Below are positions 1-9,830 of a stretch of 62,718 nucleotides of DNA, piece by piece. Each line of letters begins with the position of its first letter. The first letter of the stretch is position 1. The DNA comes from Novosphingobium sp. (GTDB lineage: Bacteria; Pseudomonadota; Alphaproteobacteria; Sphingomonadales; Sphingomonadaceae): contig JAQWKP010000377.1 of the NCBI GenBank assembly GCA_029247785.1, positions 1-62,718 on the forward strand. The letters are read 5' to 3'. The translations under genes and the position numbers were made by a program. The notes beneath the pieces are model-generated. The model made no database searches, was not told the origin of the DNA, and saw only the letters and a list, made by a program, of their open reading frames with translations.

Positions 1-268
1 GGTTCACCGCTTGCACGGCGAGTTCGGTGAGATCGCGGCGATCGGTCCAGCCCATTTCCAGAACCACGCTTCTGGTCAGGCGCGACAATCCGCTCGCGAA
101 TTTGGGACTATGCGCGGCCAGCGCGAGACCGGTGTGGCTGGCGTCAATTTCCGGAGCGGTATTGCCCGGAAACAGCTGTTCGAAAAATTCAGCGATGCCC
201 TCCCTGGTCGCTTCATCGGCGTCGTCAGGGCAGTCCGATGGTTTGAAGACGGGTTTCACTCTTGCCAT
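1..268 (-). CDS. Partial CDS running off the window edge; probable AhpD/carboxymuconolactone decarboxylase-like protein
   Basis: Not in the ORF track. Manual translation from ATG 268 (GGGGA RBS) gives MARVKPVFKPSDCPDDADEATREGIAEFFEQLFPG...AAHSPKFASGLSRL...RRDLTELAVQAVN, open to the edge and resembling an AhpD-like N-terminus. Confidence 0.6.
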   Translation of the reverse strand, partial: MARVKPVFKPSDCPDDADEATREGIAEFFEQLFPGNTAPEIDASHTGLALAAHSPKFASGLSRLTRSVVLEMGWTDRRDLTELAVQAVN

Positions 269-365
269 GCGCGCATCCCCAGGGTGATGAAACCATGCTT
301 CTGGACCCGAAACGGGCCGGGCGGCAAGGCGTTCAATCGGTGTTTACCTTCTTCGGTTAGATTGA

Positions 366-740
366 TTGGCTGAAACTGCGGAGAGACACGTGCTCGATAT
401 CACTCAGACCAACAGGGCGAACCCCAGGCAGCCGGTGCTGCTCGAAGCGCGCTGCCGCAAGACCAGCTGGCTGATCAACCGGGTTGAGTTTGCTAACATC
501 TCCGAAGGGGGTTGCTGCATCATTGGCCGCACCGAAGGGCTGGCCCGTGATCAGGAGATCGAGCTGCGTTTCGCCGGTCTCGAGGCAATAAAGGGCACTG
601 TCAGGTGGATCCGCGACGGACGGGTGGGCGTTGCCTTCACCGAACCGCTCGCGACTGAAACCGTCGAGAATCTCGCTGTGACCTATCCGCTAGGCGAAGC
701 GAAACTTCCTGGTATTCGCGATTCCCTGAAACAAGCCTGA
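366..740 (+). CDS. Single-domain PilZ protein (putative c-di-GMP effector)
   Basis: RxxxR (RANPR) and N/DxSxxG (NISEGG) motifs, plus VRW..G..GVAF. Confidence 0.85.
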   Translation: MAETAERHVLDITQTNRANPRQPVLLEARCRKTSWLINRVEFANISEGGCCIIGRTEGLARDQEIELRFAGLEAIKGTVRWIRDGRVGVAFTEPLATETVENLAVTYPLGEAKLPGIRDSLKQA

Positions 741-785
741 CGCCGCGCATGTCCTGATCCGCGGGCAGTGCGCTGCACGCCAACA

Positions 786-861
786 TCCACTCCTGAAATT
801 TTGAGGGTGCGCACCCGGCCATGTCTGGCTAAGGGATTCGCAAAACCTTAAAAGGAGTGGA
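786..861 (+). promoter_or_regulatory. Putative structured 5' leader sequestering the ALDH Shine-Dalgarno
   Basis: TCCACTCCT (786-794) is the exact reverse complement of AGGAGTGGA (853-861, contains the SD); three short inverted repeats lie between them. Confidence 0.4.
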
Positions 862-865
862 GCCC

Positions 866-2338
866 GTGGGATTTCTTTCGCCCGACATCAGCGCCTTGCC
901 GCGCCATCCCCTGATCATCGGTGACAGCCGTGAAGAGAAAGGCAGCGGCGACCTGCTGGGCCATATCTATCCAGGCACCGGCCAGATCACGCGCGAAATT
1001 CACATGGCCAGCCCAGACGATGTCGATCGGGCGGTCGCCGCCGCGCGCGCTGCTGCTCCGGCCTGGCGCGATATGCCCGGCGACCAGCGGCGCAACCTGT
1101 TTTTCAAGCTTGCCGATCTGTTCGAAGCCAAGGCACAGGAAATCGCGCCTTCGATAGTCGCCGAGAACGGTTCGATCTCGATGGCTGCGCCGCATATGGC
1201 ATACGATGCCGCTCAGAAATTCCGATATTTTGGCGGCTGGGCTGACAAGATCCACGGGCGCACCATCCCGATGTGGGGCGCGCCGGCGCATGACTATGTG
1301 ACCTACCAGCCCTTTGGCACGGTCGGCGTGATCGTGCCGTGGAACGGGCCGCTGTTCGCCGCGACCATGGTGATCGCACCGGCGCTGGCAGCGGGCAACA
1401 CGATCGTTCTCAAGTCACCAGACCTTGCGCCTTATAGCGCGATGATACTGGTCGAACTGATGCTGGAAGCTGGCTTTCCCGCTGGTGTGATCAATCTTGT
1501 TACCGGTGCCGCCGATGTCGGTGCGGCGATGGTCAGCCATCCGGGTATCGACAAGATCATGTTCATCGGTTCGGGCGGGACCGCGCGCAAGGTCATGGCC
1601 AGCGCGGCGCAGTCGCTCAAGCCCTGCGGCCTCGAACTGGGCGGCAAGTCTGCCGTGATCGTGTTCGATGATGCCGATCTGCAGCAGGCGGCTCAGAAGG
1701 GCCTTTCAGGAGCGGTCGCCGCTAATGGTCAGGGCTGCGTTAACGGCACCAGGCTGCTGGTTCAGCGCTCAGTCTATGAGCCTTATCTTGAAATGCTCAA
1801 GGCGACAGCGGGCTATATCAATGTCGGCGATCCGATGGACCAGACCACCACGATGGGGCCAGTTATCTCGCAAGGCGCGCTGGATCGCATCATCGGCATG
1901 GTCGAACGCGGAGCCGAGCAGGGCGGCCGCATCGTTTGCGGCGGTGAGCGCATGGGCGGGGACCATTCCGATGGCTACTTCCTGCCCATCACGATTCTTG
2001 CCGATGTCGCAAATGATAGCGAGATCGCCCAGCACGAGGTGTTCGGCCCGGTGCTCGCGGTAACGCCCTTCGACACCGAAGAGGACGCCATCGCGCTAGC
2101 CAATGGCACTGACTATGGCCTGGGCGCTTATGTTCACACCACCAATTTGCGCCGCGCCCATGTGGTAACGGCCCAGCTTCAGGCCGGCCAGATCCACGTC
2201 AATGGCGCTGGCGAGGCAATGCAGCCTAATGTGCCGTTTGGTGGCTGGAAACATAGCGGGCAGGGCCGCCTGGGCGGGACCGAGGGGCTGCATGAATTCC
2301 TCCAGCCCAAGAATATCTGGATGAGCCTTGAAGGTTAG
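866..2338 (+). CDS. Aldehyde dehydrogenase
   Basis: PWN, LELGGKS, GQGC (catalytic Cys), EVFGPV and PFGGWKHSG motifs. GTG 866 lies 8 nt after AGGAG (ORF track start 857). Confidence 0.95.
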   Translation: MGFLSPDISALPRHPLIIGDSREEKGSGDLLGHIYPGTGQITREIHMASPDDVDRAVAAARAAAPAWRDMPGDQRRNLFFKLADLFEAKAQEIAPSIVAENGSISMAAPHMAYDAAQKFRYFGGWADKIHGRTIPMWGAPAHDYVTYQPFGTVGVIVPWNGPLFAATMVIAPALAAGNTIVLKSPDLAPYSAMILVELMLEAGFPAGVINLVTGAADVGAAMVSHPGIDKIMFIGSGGTARKVMASAAQSLKPCGLELGGKSAVIVFDDADLQQAAQKGLSGAVAANGQGCVNGTRLLVQRSVYEPYLEMLKATAGYINVGDPMDQTTTMGPVISQGALDRIIGMVERGAEQGGRIVCGGERMGGDHSDGYFLPITILADVANDSEIAQHEVFGPVLAVTPFDTEEDAIALANGTDYGLGAYVHTTNLRRAHVVTAQLQAGQIHVNGAGEAMQPNVPFGGWKHSGQGRLGGTEGLHEFLQPKNIWMSLEG

Positions 2339-2349
2339 GAGCTGGGACA

Positions 2350-3144
2350 ATGGCTGAACTATTAGACCACGAAACACGCCGCGCGCGCGGAGCCGATATC
2401 CAGGCGCAGGTCACCGGCAAGCCGTCAACCGAGACGGCCACTCTGTTGCAGGAAACCTGGCGCGATTTTGCCTTCGCCGAAGTATGGAGTCGGCCCGGGC
2501 TGGACCGGCGTGGGCGCTATTTGATCGCGATGGCTGGCTGCGCGAATACACCGGGCCCGAATGACCAGCTTGTCAATGATGTCCGCGGCGCGCTGACCGA
2601 AGGCGAGCTTACCCTGGCCGAACTGCGCGAGGGCGCACTGCACCTGGCCTGTTATGCCGGATTTTCGAAGGGCGATGCGTGGGACGATGCGATCACGCAA
2701 GTCCAGGAAGAACTCGGCCTTGCTCCGGCGGAGACGCCGCCATTGCGTGGCGCGCCCTGGGACCCGCAAGTCAGGCAAGAGGAAGGCGAGGCTGGTTTTC
2801 TCAAGGTCATGACATTTGGCGGACCGCCGCCGAATAATGGCGTGCCTTACATGGAGGCGGGCATCCTCAACTTCATATTCGGTGAGATGTGGTGTCGGTC
2901 CGGGCTTGACGAGCGCTCACGGCGCTGGATCACGCTGGTCGCTGTGGCGGATTCGCGCTGTGAGATTCCGATCAAGAGCCATTTCCATTCCGCCATGACC
3001 AGCGGCAATTGCAAGCCTCCGGAACTGCATGAATTCGTGCTGCAATATGCGCTCCACGCTGGCTGGCCGAGAGGGTCAGACGTCCAGGGCGCGGTGTTTG
3101 AAATGATCCAGAATTTCGAGGCCGACAAACCCTGGAGCGGCTGA
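2350..3144 (+). CDS. Tandem-domain carboxymuconolactone decarboxylase (CMD) family protein
   Basis: Two F.E.W.R.GLD.R.R repeats, followed by YAGF and HAGWP motifs. Confidence 0.85.
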   Translation: MAELLDHETRRARGADIQAQVTGKPSTETATLLQETWRDFAFAEVWSRPGLDRRGRYLIAMAGCANTPGPNDQLVNDVRGALTEGELTLAELREGALHLACYAGFSKGDAWDDAITQVQEELGLAPAETPPLRGAPWDPQVRQEEGEAGFLKVMTFGGPPPNNGVPYMEAGILNFIFGEMWCRSGLDERSRRWITLVAVADSRCEIPIKSHFHSAMTSGNCKPPELHEFVLQYALHAGWPRGSDVQGAVFEMIQNFEADKPWSG

Positions 3145-3157
3145 ACGGGAGGAATAT

Positions 3158-3913
3158 TTGTCTTTATCACCTGACATGAACGGCAAGATTGCCGTCGTAA
3201 CCGGTGCTGCCTCTGGCCTAGGCCGGGCAACTGCGCTCAAGCTGGCCGATGCGGGTGCAAGCCTGTGCCTGGTCGATGTTCACGAAGAGCGCCTCGCCGA
3301 GACGCATGGTATGATTTCAGACAGCGATGTCATGCTGCATCACGCCAACCTTGCTGATGCGGAGAACTGCCAGTCGGTGATCGATGCGGCGGTTGAACGC
3401 TTCGGCAAGCTTGATGCCTTGTGCAATGTAGCCGGGCTCATCCGCATGACGCACTTTGGCCAAATGGCGCGATCGGATTATGATCTAACCATCGCGGTGA
3501 ACCTGACTGCTCCGGTCCTGCTTTGCCAGGCCGCGCTACCTCATCTGCTCGAAAGCGAAGGGGCGATCGTCAACGTTTGTTCGTCGGCAGCCTTTATCGG
3601 TGAGGCCTATGCGGTTGCCTATTGTGCCAGCAAGGCGGGGCTGTTGGGCGCGACCAAGGCCATGGCGATGGAAAATTCGCGCAAACCCATCCGCATCAAT
3701 GCGGTCGCGCCGGGCGGGATGATGACCAATATCTCCGATGGCATGACCTTCCCCGAGGATGCCGAGATGGACCTCATCGCGCGCTACTCAGGACTGCGCG
3801 GTCTGGTCGAAGTGGACGATGTCGCCGATATGGTCGCTCTGCTCGCTTCGCCGCAGGGCCGCGCCTATCACGGCGCTTGCATCAATATCGATGCCGGAAT
3901 CACTGCGGGATGA
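3158..3913 (+). CDS. SDR oxidoreductase
   Basis: TGAASGLG, NVAG, YCASK; TTG start after GGAGG. Confidence 0.9.
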   Translation: MSLSPDMNGKIAVVTGAASGLGRATALKLADAGASLCLVDVHEERLAETHGMISDSDVMLHHANLADAENCQSVIDAAVERFGKLDALCNVAGLIRMTHFGQMARSDYDLTIAVNLTAPVLLCQAALPHLLESEGAIVNVCSSAAFIGEAYAVAYCASKAGLLGATKAMAMENSRKPIRINAVAPGGMMTNISDGMTFPEDAEMDLIARYSGLRGLVEVDDVADMVALLASPQGRAYHGACINIDAGITAG

Positions 3914-4716
3914 GCGGAATGAAAACGGGATTCATCGGTGTTGGTAGTCAAGGCGGACCAATGGCTGAGCGCATGCTCGCAGCCGGATTCGACCTCACTG
4001 TCTGGGCGCGGCGCACTGAAGTGATGGAAGAATGGGCCGCAAAGGGCGCAACTGGTGTCGATCAGGTGGCCGAGTTGGGGTCGGCTTGCGACCACATCGG
4101 CGTCTGCGTTGTCGACGATGCCGGAGTCGCGGAAATCTGCGACCAACTGATCCCTGCGATGCGTGAAGGCTCGCTGCTCGCGATACATTCGACGATTCTG
4201 CCGGAGAGCTGCGAGAAGCTGGAAGCGCGCTGCGCCGAGCGCGGAATAAAGTTCCTCGATGCGCCGGTAAGTGGTGGAGAACCAGCTGCAACAGCGGGAG
4301 TGCTGACCGTGATGTGCGGCGGCAATGAGGACGCATTCGAGGCGGCAAAGCCGGTGTTTGAAAGCTTCGGCAAGCTGATCGTGTTGCTCGGTGGGGCAGG
4401 AGCGGGACAGCGCGCCAAGATTGTCAACAATGCGCTGATGTCAGCCCATTTCGGTGTCGGCCATGCCGCGGTTCAGGCGGCCGAAAAACTGGGGATCGAC
4501 CGCACGGCCTTTTGCGAGCTGATCAACGCCAGCAGCGGTCGCAGCTATGCCTTTGAGGTCTATGCAAGATTGCCGACACCGGAAGCCTTCGCGATGGGCG
4601 CAGCTCTGCTGAACAAGGACGTCAATCTGCTGGCCGCAACGCTTGGCGATGATGATAATACCGAGCTGCTGAAACACGCGGCGGACTATTTTCTCGGCCC
4701 GGCATTGGCCGGTTGA
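3910..4716 (+). CDS. NAD(P)-dependent beta-hydroxyacid dehydrogenase (3-hydroxyisobutyrate dehydrogenase family)
   Basis: GFIGVGSQGGPMA, LDAPVSGG, AKIVNN; ATGA overlap with the upstream SDR. Confidence 0.9.
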   Translation: MSGMKTGFIGVGSQGGPMAERMLAAGFDLTVWARRTEVMEEWAAKGATGVDQVAELGSACDHIGVCVVDDAGVAEICDQLIPAMREGSLLAIHSTILPESCEKLEARCAERGIKFLDAPVSGGEPAATAGVLTVMCGGNEDAFEAAKPVFESFGKLIVLLGGAGAGQRAKIVNNALMSAHFGVGHAAVQAAEKLGIDRTAFCELINASSGRSYAFEVYARLPTPEAFAMGAALLNKDVNLLAATLGDDDNTELLKHAADYFLGPALAG

Positions 4717-4740
4717 AACCCATTTCCAGGAGAGATTTGC

Positions 4741-5526
4741 ATGGCATTTTCCGCCGATGAATTCCGCCTTGACGGCAAGGTCGCAGTGGTCACCGGCGCA
4801 GGTGGGCGCGGCAACAACATTGGCCGCGCTTATGCACTGGGTCTGGCCGATGCTGGTGCTTCAGTTGTTGTCGCCGATCTCAATGAAGAGGGCGCAGGCG
4901 CTGTTGCCGATGAAATCAATGCTGCGGGAGGCAAGGCTGTCGCGGTGCGAGTGGATGTGGCTGACGAAGCCTCGACTCTAGCCATGGCGGCATCGGCCAA
5001 GGAGGCCTTTGGCGGCGTCGATATTCTCGTCAACAATGCCGCGCTGATGGTCGATATCAGCTATGACGATACCGAAACGGTCTCGCTCGACGATTGGAAC
5101 AAGGCCTTTGCGGTCAATCTCAATGGCGCGCTGCTGTGCAGTCGCGCGGTGGTTTCGTCCATGCGCGAGCGGGGCGGCGGGCGGATCGTCAACCAGACCA
5201 GCGGCGGCGCGTTCCCGGCGATCGGCCTCTATGGCATTACCAAGCTGGCCCTGGTCGGCTTGACGACGACGCTGGCCAAACAGTTCGGCAAGGATAATAT
5301 CACCTGCAATGCCATCGCGCCGGGCAATGTCACATCCGATGCTGGCAAGATGCTGGTGCCCGACGATTCGCCCTTCATCCAGTTTCTCGAAATGACCTGC
5401 GCTACCAAGCCGCGCGGCGCGCCTGACGAATTGGTCGGTACGCTGATGCTGCTATGCTCGCCGGCGGGGCAGTGGATCACCGGGCAGACCATCCATGTCG
5501 ATGGCGGCTGGATAATGCGGCCCTAG
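4741..5526 (+). CDS. SDR oxidoreductase
   Basis: TGAGGRGNNIG, NNAA, YGITK, TGQTIHVDGG. Confidence 0.9.
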   Translation: MAFSADEFRLDGKVAVVTGAGGRGNNIGRAYALGLADAGASVVVADLNEEGAGAVADEINAAGGKAVAVRVDVADEASTLAMAASAKEAFGGVDILVNNAALMVDISYDDTETVSLDDWNKAFAVNLNGALLCSRAVVSSMRERGGGRIVNQTSGGAFPAIGLYGITKLALVGLTTTLAKQFGKDNITCNAIAPGNVTSDAGKMLVPDDSPFIQFLEMTCATKPRGAPDELVGTLMLLCSPAGQWITGQTIHVDGGWIMRP

Positions 5527-5598
5527 GCTGAGAGCGTTCGGCAATATTCGAGAGCGATCGATACTATAAAATTCGCCAATGAAGGAGTTGCAACAGTC

Positions 5599-6606
5599 AT
5601 GAGAGCCATGCGCCTCCAGCACCCCGCGAGCCTCGACAATTTGACGCTGTCCGAAGCGCAAGCGCCAGCGCCCGGGCCCGGCGAGATCAAGGTGCGTATC
5701 CGCGCTGGCTCGCTCAATTTCCGCGATGGGCTGGTGGTCAATGGCTTCTTCCCGACCATGGAAGGGATCATTCCGCTGTCCGATGGGGCTGGCGAGGTTC
5801 TGGAAGTGGGTGAGGGTGTCAGTGAATTCGCGGTGGGCGATGCGGTGGTCAGCACCTTCCACCCGAAATGGCTCGACGGCCATATGGAGAAATCGCAGCT
5901 CGATAATTCACCGGGTGGTCCGGCAGACGGTTTTGCCTGCGAGGAAGCAACGCGGCCTGCGAGCTATTTCACGCACGCGCCGAAAAACCTGTCTCATGTC
6001 GAGGCCGCGACTTTGACCTGCGCGGGCGTCACGGCCTGGCGGGCCCTGGTTACAGACGGCAAGGTCAAGCCGGGCGCGACGGTGCTGGTCCAGGGCACGG
6101 GCGGGGTGTCGCTGTTCGCATTGCAGATCGCCAAGGCAGCGGGCGCGACAGTGATTGCGACCAGTTCTAGCGCCGTAAAGCTCGAACAACTCAAGGCGCT
6201 CGGTGCCGATCATGTCATCAATCACCGCGAGGATGCGGAATGGGGCCAGACGGTTCTGGGCCTGACCGACGGATTGGGTGTCGATCACATTGTCGAAATT
6301 GGCGGGCCGAACACGCTCGGCCAGTCGTTCGTCGCGGCACGCACCGGCGGGCATATCGCGATCATCGGGGCGGTTGCGGGATTCGATGTCGATACGATGC
6401 CGTTTGCGGTGGTTCAGGCCAAACGCCTGCGCCTCCAGGCAGTCACGGTCGGAACCCGGCGCGACCAGCAGGAACTGGTGCGGGCAATCGAGACACATGG
6501 CATCACACCGGTGGTCGATCGGACATTTCCGCTCGAAGAGCTTGCCGATGCCTTCCGCGCCATGCAATCAGGCGAACATGTCGGCAAGATCTGCATAGAG
6601 ATCTGA
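5599..6606 (+). CDS. MDR family NAD(P)-dependent alcohol dehydrogenase / quinone reductase-like protein
   Basis: SLNFRD, SDGAGEV, QGTGGVS, HVGKI. Confidence 0.9.
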   Translation: MRAMRLQHPASLDNLTLSEAQAPAPGPGEIKVRIRAGSLNFRDGLVVNGFFPTMEGIIPLSDGAGEVLEVGEGVSEFAVGDAVVSTFHPKWLDGHMEKSQLDNSPGGPADGFACEEATRPASYFTHAPKNLSHVEAATLTCAGVTAWRALVTDGKVKPGATVLVQGTGGVSLFALQIAKAAGATVIATSSSAVKLEQLKALGADHVINHREDAEWGQTVLGLTDGLGVDHIVEIGGPNTLGQSFVAARTGGHIAIIGAVAGFDVDTMPFAVVQAKRLRLQAVTVGTRRDQQELVRAIETHGITPVVDRTFPLEELADAFRAMQSGEHVGKICIEI

Positions 6607-6632
6607 CCGTAGCCAGACCCGGGAGACATTCG

Positions 6633-7724
6633 ATTTCAATCCTCTTGAACGACGAACAGGAAGCCATCGCCCGCGAAGCCCGGCGCATACTCGACGACCG
6701 GGTCGATCAGGCCCGGTTGATGGCGCTGATCGAACAGAGCGGCGCGCATGATGAGAGCTTCTGGACCATCGCAGTGGAGCAGGGCTGGACCGGGATCGGC
6801 ATCGACGAAGATCACGGCGGCATCGGCCTTGGCCTGATCGAATTGGGCCTAGTCGCGCAGGCCACGGGCGCTGCGACTGCAGGCGCGCCTTTCCTGACCG
6901 GGAACAGCGGAGCAGCCCATGACCTGCAGGCTGCCGGGAGCGATGCTCTCAAGGCGCAATGGCTGGAAAAGCTCGTATCGGGTGAGGCGACGGCTTGCTG
7001 TGCCTTTGCCGAAGCGTCATCGCCGCTGCCGTCGACACCAAATGTGCAGTTCGCCGATGGCAAACTCTCGGGCACCAAGCCGAGTGTCGCAGGTGGCCTC
7101 AAGGCCGACTTCGCCATTGTGCTCGCTCGTTCGGAAGCGGGCGAGGATGTTCTGGCCTTGTGTGATCTGGCAAGTAACTCTCGTACTCCCTTTGAAAGCT
7201 TTGATAATTCTCGACTCTATGCCGATCTTGAATTCTCACAAAGTCCGGCGGAAGTGTTCGCCCAGGGCAAAGCAGCCCGCACGCTTGCGCTTGCAGCGCT
7301 CACCCGGATGGCTCTGGTTACTGCCTGGGAGCAACTGGGCGGGGCCGAGGCGCTGCTGTTTATCGCCCGCGAATATGCCAACACCCGCAAGGCCTTCGGG
7401 CAACCCATCGGCGCGTTCCAGTCGGTCAAGCATCGCATCGCCGAGCTATATGGGCTGGTCGAGATCACGCGCGCCAATTGCATCCACGCTTCATCGCGTG
7501 AAGGTGAGGCGGATTTCCTGCGCGCCGCTGCTGCCGCGCGTCTCTCGGCGACCGAAGCCTACGACACCGCAGCGCGCGATACGGTGCAGATCCATGGCGG
7601 CATCGGGGTGACCTGGGAGAGCGGGCTGCATCTCCACATGCGCCGCGCCCGCAGTCTCGCCATCGAACAGGGCAATATGCTGTTCTGGGAAGACATACTT
7701 ACGGACGAACTCGCCAGCGCTTGA
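6633..7724 (+). CDS. Acyl-CoA dehydrogenase family protein (short, probable partner subunit)
   Basis: RKAFGQPIGAFQSVKH and QIHGGIGVTWE. Start uncertain: ATT 6633 (6 nt after GGGAGA) or TTG 6645. Confidence 0.85.
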   Translation: MSILLNDEQEAIAREARRILDDRVDQARLMALIEQSGAHDESFWTIAVEQGWTGIGIDEDHGGIGLGLIELGLVAQATGAATAGAPFLTGNSGAAHDLQAAGSDALKAQWLEKLVSGEATACCAFAEASSPLPSTPNVQFADGKLSGTKPSVAGGLKADFAIVLARSEAGEDVLALCDLASNSRTPFESFDNSRLYADLEFSQSPAEVFAQGKAARTLALAALTRMALVTAWEQLGGAEALLFIAREYANTRKAFGQPIGAFQSVKHRIAELYGLVEITRANCIHASSREGEADFLRAAAAARLSATEAYDTAARDTVQIHGGIGVTWESGLHLHMRRARSLAIEQGNMLFWEDILTDELASA

Positions 7725-7741
7725 CACTTCGGAGGTAGTCC

Positions 7742-8677
<936 letters not shown>

Positions 8678-8819
8678 CCGGGGTTATGGCGCTTCGCACC
8701 GACGTTGAGGCACGCGTTGAAAGACGGCAATTGGGTGGTTTTGCGACTGGCCGCATTGGGGGTAATAGCAAGGTGAGCGGCCGTTCGTTTGGGACGTCGT
8801 TTCTTGATGGAGCAGGATC

Positions 8820-9344
8820 ATTCCGCCGCCAATCCCCGTGCGTCTGATGCCTCATGATCCAAGTTGGGCAGATCGCGCCGCCGCTGAGGCGGACCGACTT
8901 CAAGAGGGGACGGCATCAATTGTCGTCGTACACCATATCGGATCTACCTCCATCCCGGGGATCGTCGCAAAACCTGTCCTCGATCTGATGCCAGTCGTTT
9001 CCGATCTTGCTGAGTTGGACTTTGAACGGCCATCCATCGAAGCCCTCGGCTATAGGTGGCATGGACCCTATGGAATGCAAGGGCGACGCTACTGCACTCT
9101 ACACAACCTAGAAACCCGCGACCGAATTGTGCAAATCCACTGTTTCGCCGAGAGCGACCCCGCAATTCGCAGGCATTTAGCCTTCCGCGACTATCTGCGT
9201 AGTTCACCTAAACTCGGAAAGGAATATGAGCGAGAAAAGTGCAGATGCGCGAAACTTCACCCTGAAAACAGTCATGCCTATTCAGACTGCAAAGATGCCT
9301 GGATCAAGCGCATGGAAGCGGAAGCGCTAGCTCGCCTCGGCTAA
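8820..9344 (+). CDS. GrpB (UPF0157) nucleotidyltransferase-fold protein
   Basis: [13 protein letters not shown] and HLAFRDYLR...Y...K. Start GTG 8838 or in-frame ATT 8820. Confidence 0.85.
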   Translation: MPPPIPVRLMPHDPSWADRAAAEADRLQEGTASIVVVHHIGSTSIPGIVAKPVLDLMPVVSDLAELDFERPSIEALGYRWHGPYGMQGRRYCTLHNLETRDRIVQIHCFAESDPAIRRHLAFRDYLRSSPKLGKEYEREKCRCAKLHPENSHAYSDCKDAWIKRMEAEALARLG

Positions 9345-9365
9345 GCGACTAACGTCTGGTTCCAG

Positions 9366-9677
9366 TTAATCGCCTAAGACGATGCACCGAATGGAACTGG
9401 CTCGTAATCTGCTATCCGCCAATCGGGCACCAAGTGTTGGATTTTCATCGGTGTACAGCACACAGCTATCCAACATCGTCCCTCTTACCTTCCAGTCGCC
9501 CCAATCGATCGATCCATCGACAAACTCGTTTCCTACATCCCCATATGCTGGCAAACTGACGTCGCGCAAAATGTCGCCTTTGGCCACCGACACTCGAAAA
9601 GCCCTCGGGTCGCTGGAGTCATCTTGCTCAGAAAGGTCTACGAAGTCTTTGATTATTATATAGGGTTTAGGATTGGG
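9366..9677 (-). pseudogene. Possible 5'-truncated gene remnant of unknown function
   Basis: Lower-GC frame stays open from 9677 to 9366 with no ATG or RBS at its 5' end; it stops where the 32-bp repeat begins. Confidence 0.3.
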
Positions 9678-9709
9678 CTAAGGTGACACCGTGTAACCTT
9701 TGTAACCTT
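9678..9709. repeat. 32-bp dispersed repeat, copy 1
   Basis: CTAAGGTGACACCGTGTAACCTTTGTAACCTT, 29/32 identical to 57539-57570; embedded in the 14-bp IR GGGCTAAGGTGACA / TGTAACCTTAGCCC (9675-9714). Confidence 0.85.
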
Positions 9710-9830
9710 AGCCCAAAAGACGAAAGCCGCGTACCCATTGACCCCGGACCGGTTCCGGGGAACATGGCGTCTTGAAATACCGGGTCTTGCGAACTGAACC
9801 CGAGACCTTCCCGCAGGGAGAGACAGAACG

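Noticed and set aside
827-850. GGCTAAGG...ACCTTA as a third copy of the 32-bp repeat
   Set aside because: Shares only the outer arms and lacks the TGACAC/TGTAAC core
3622-3909. Long N-terminal extensions in the ORF track (3622, 6240, 20489, 27022, 44190, 44777, 45389, 48847, 50219, 61196)
   Set aside because: They mostly overlap neighbouring real genes; downstream starts have an RBS or translational coupling
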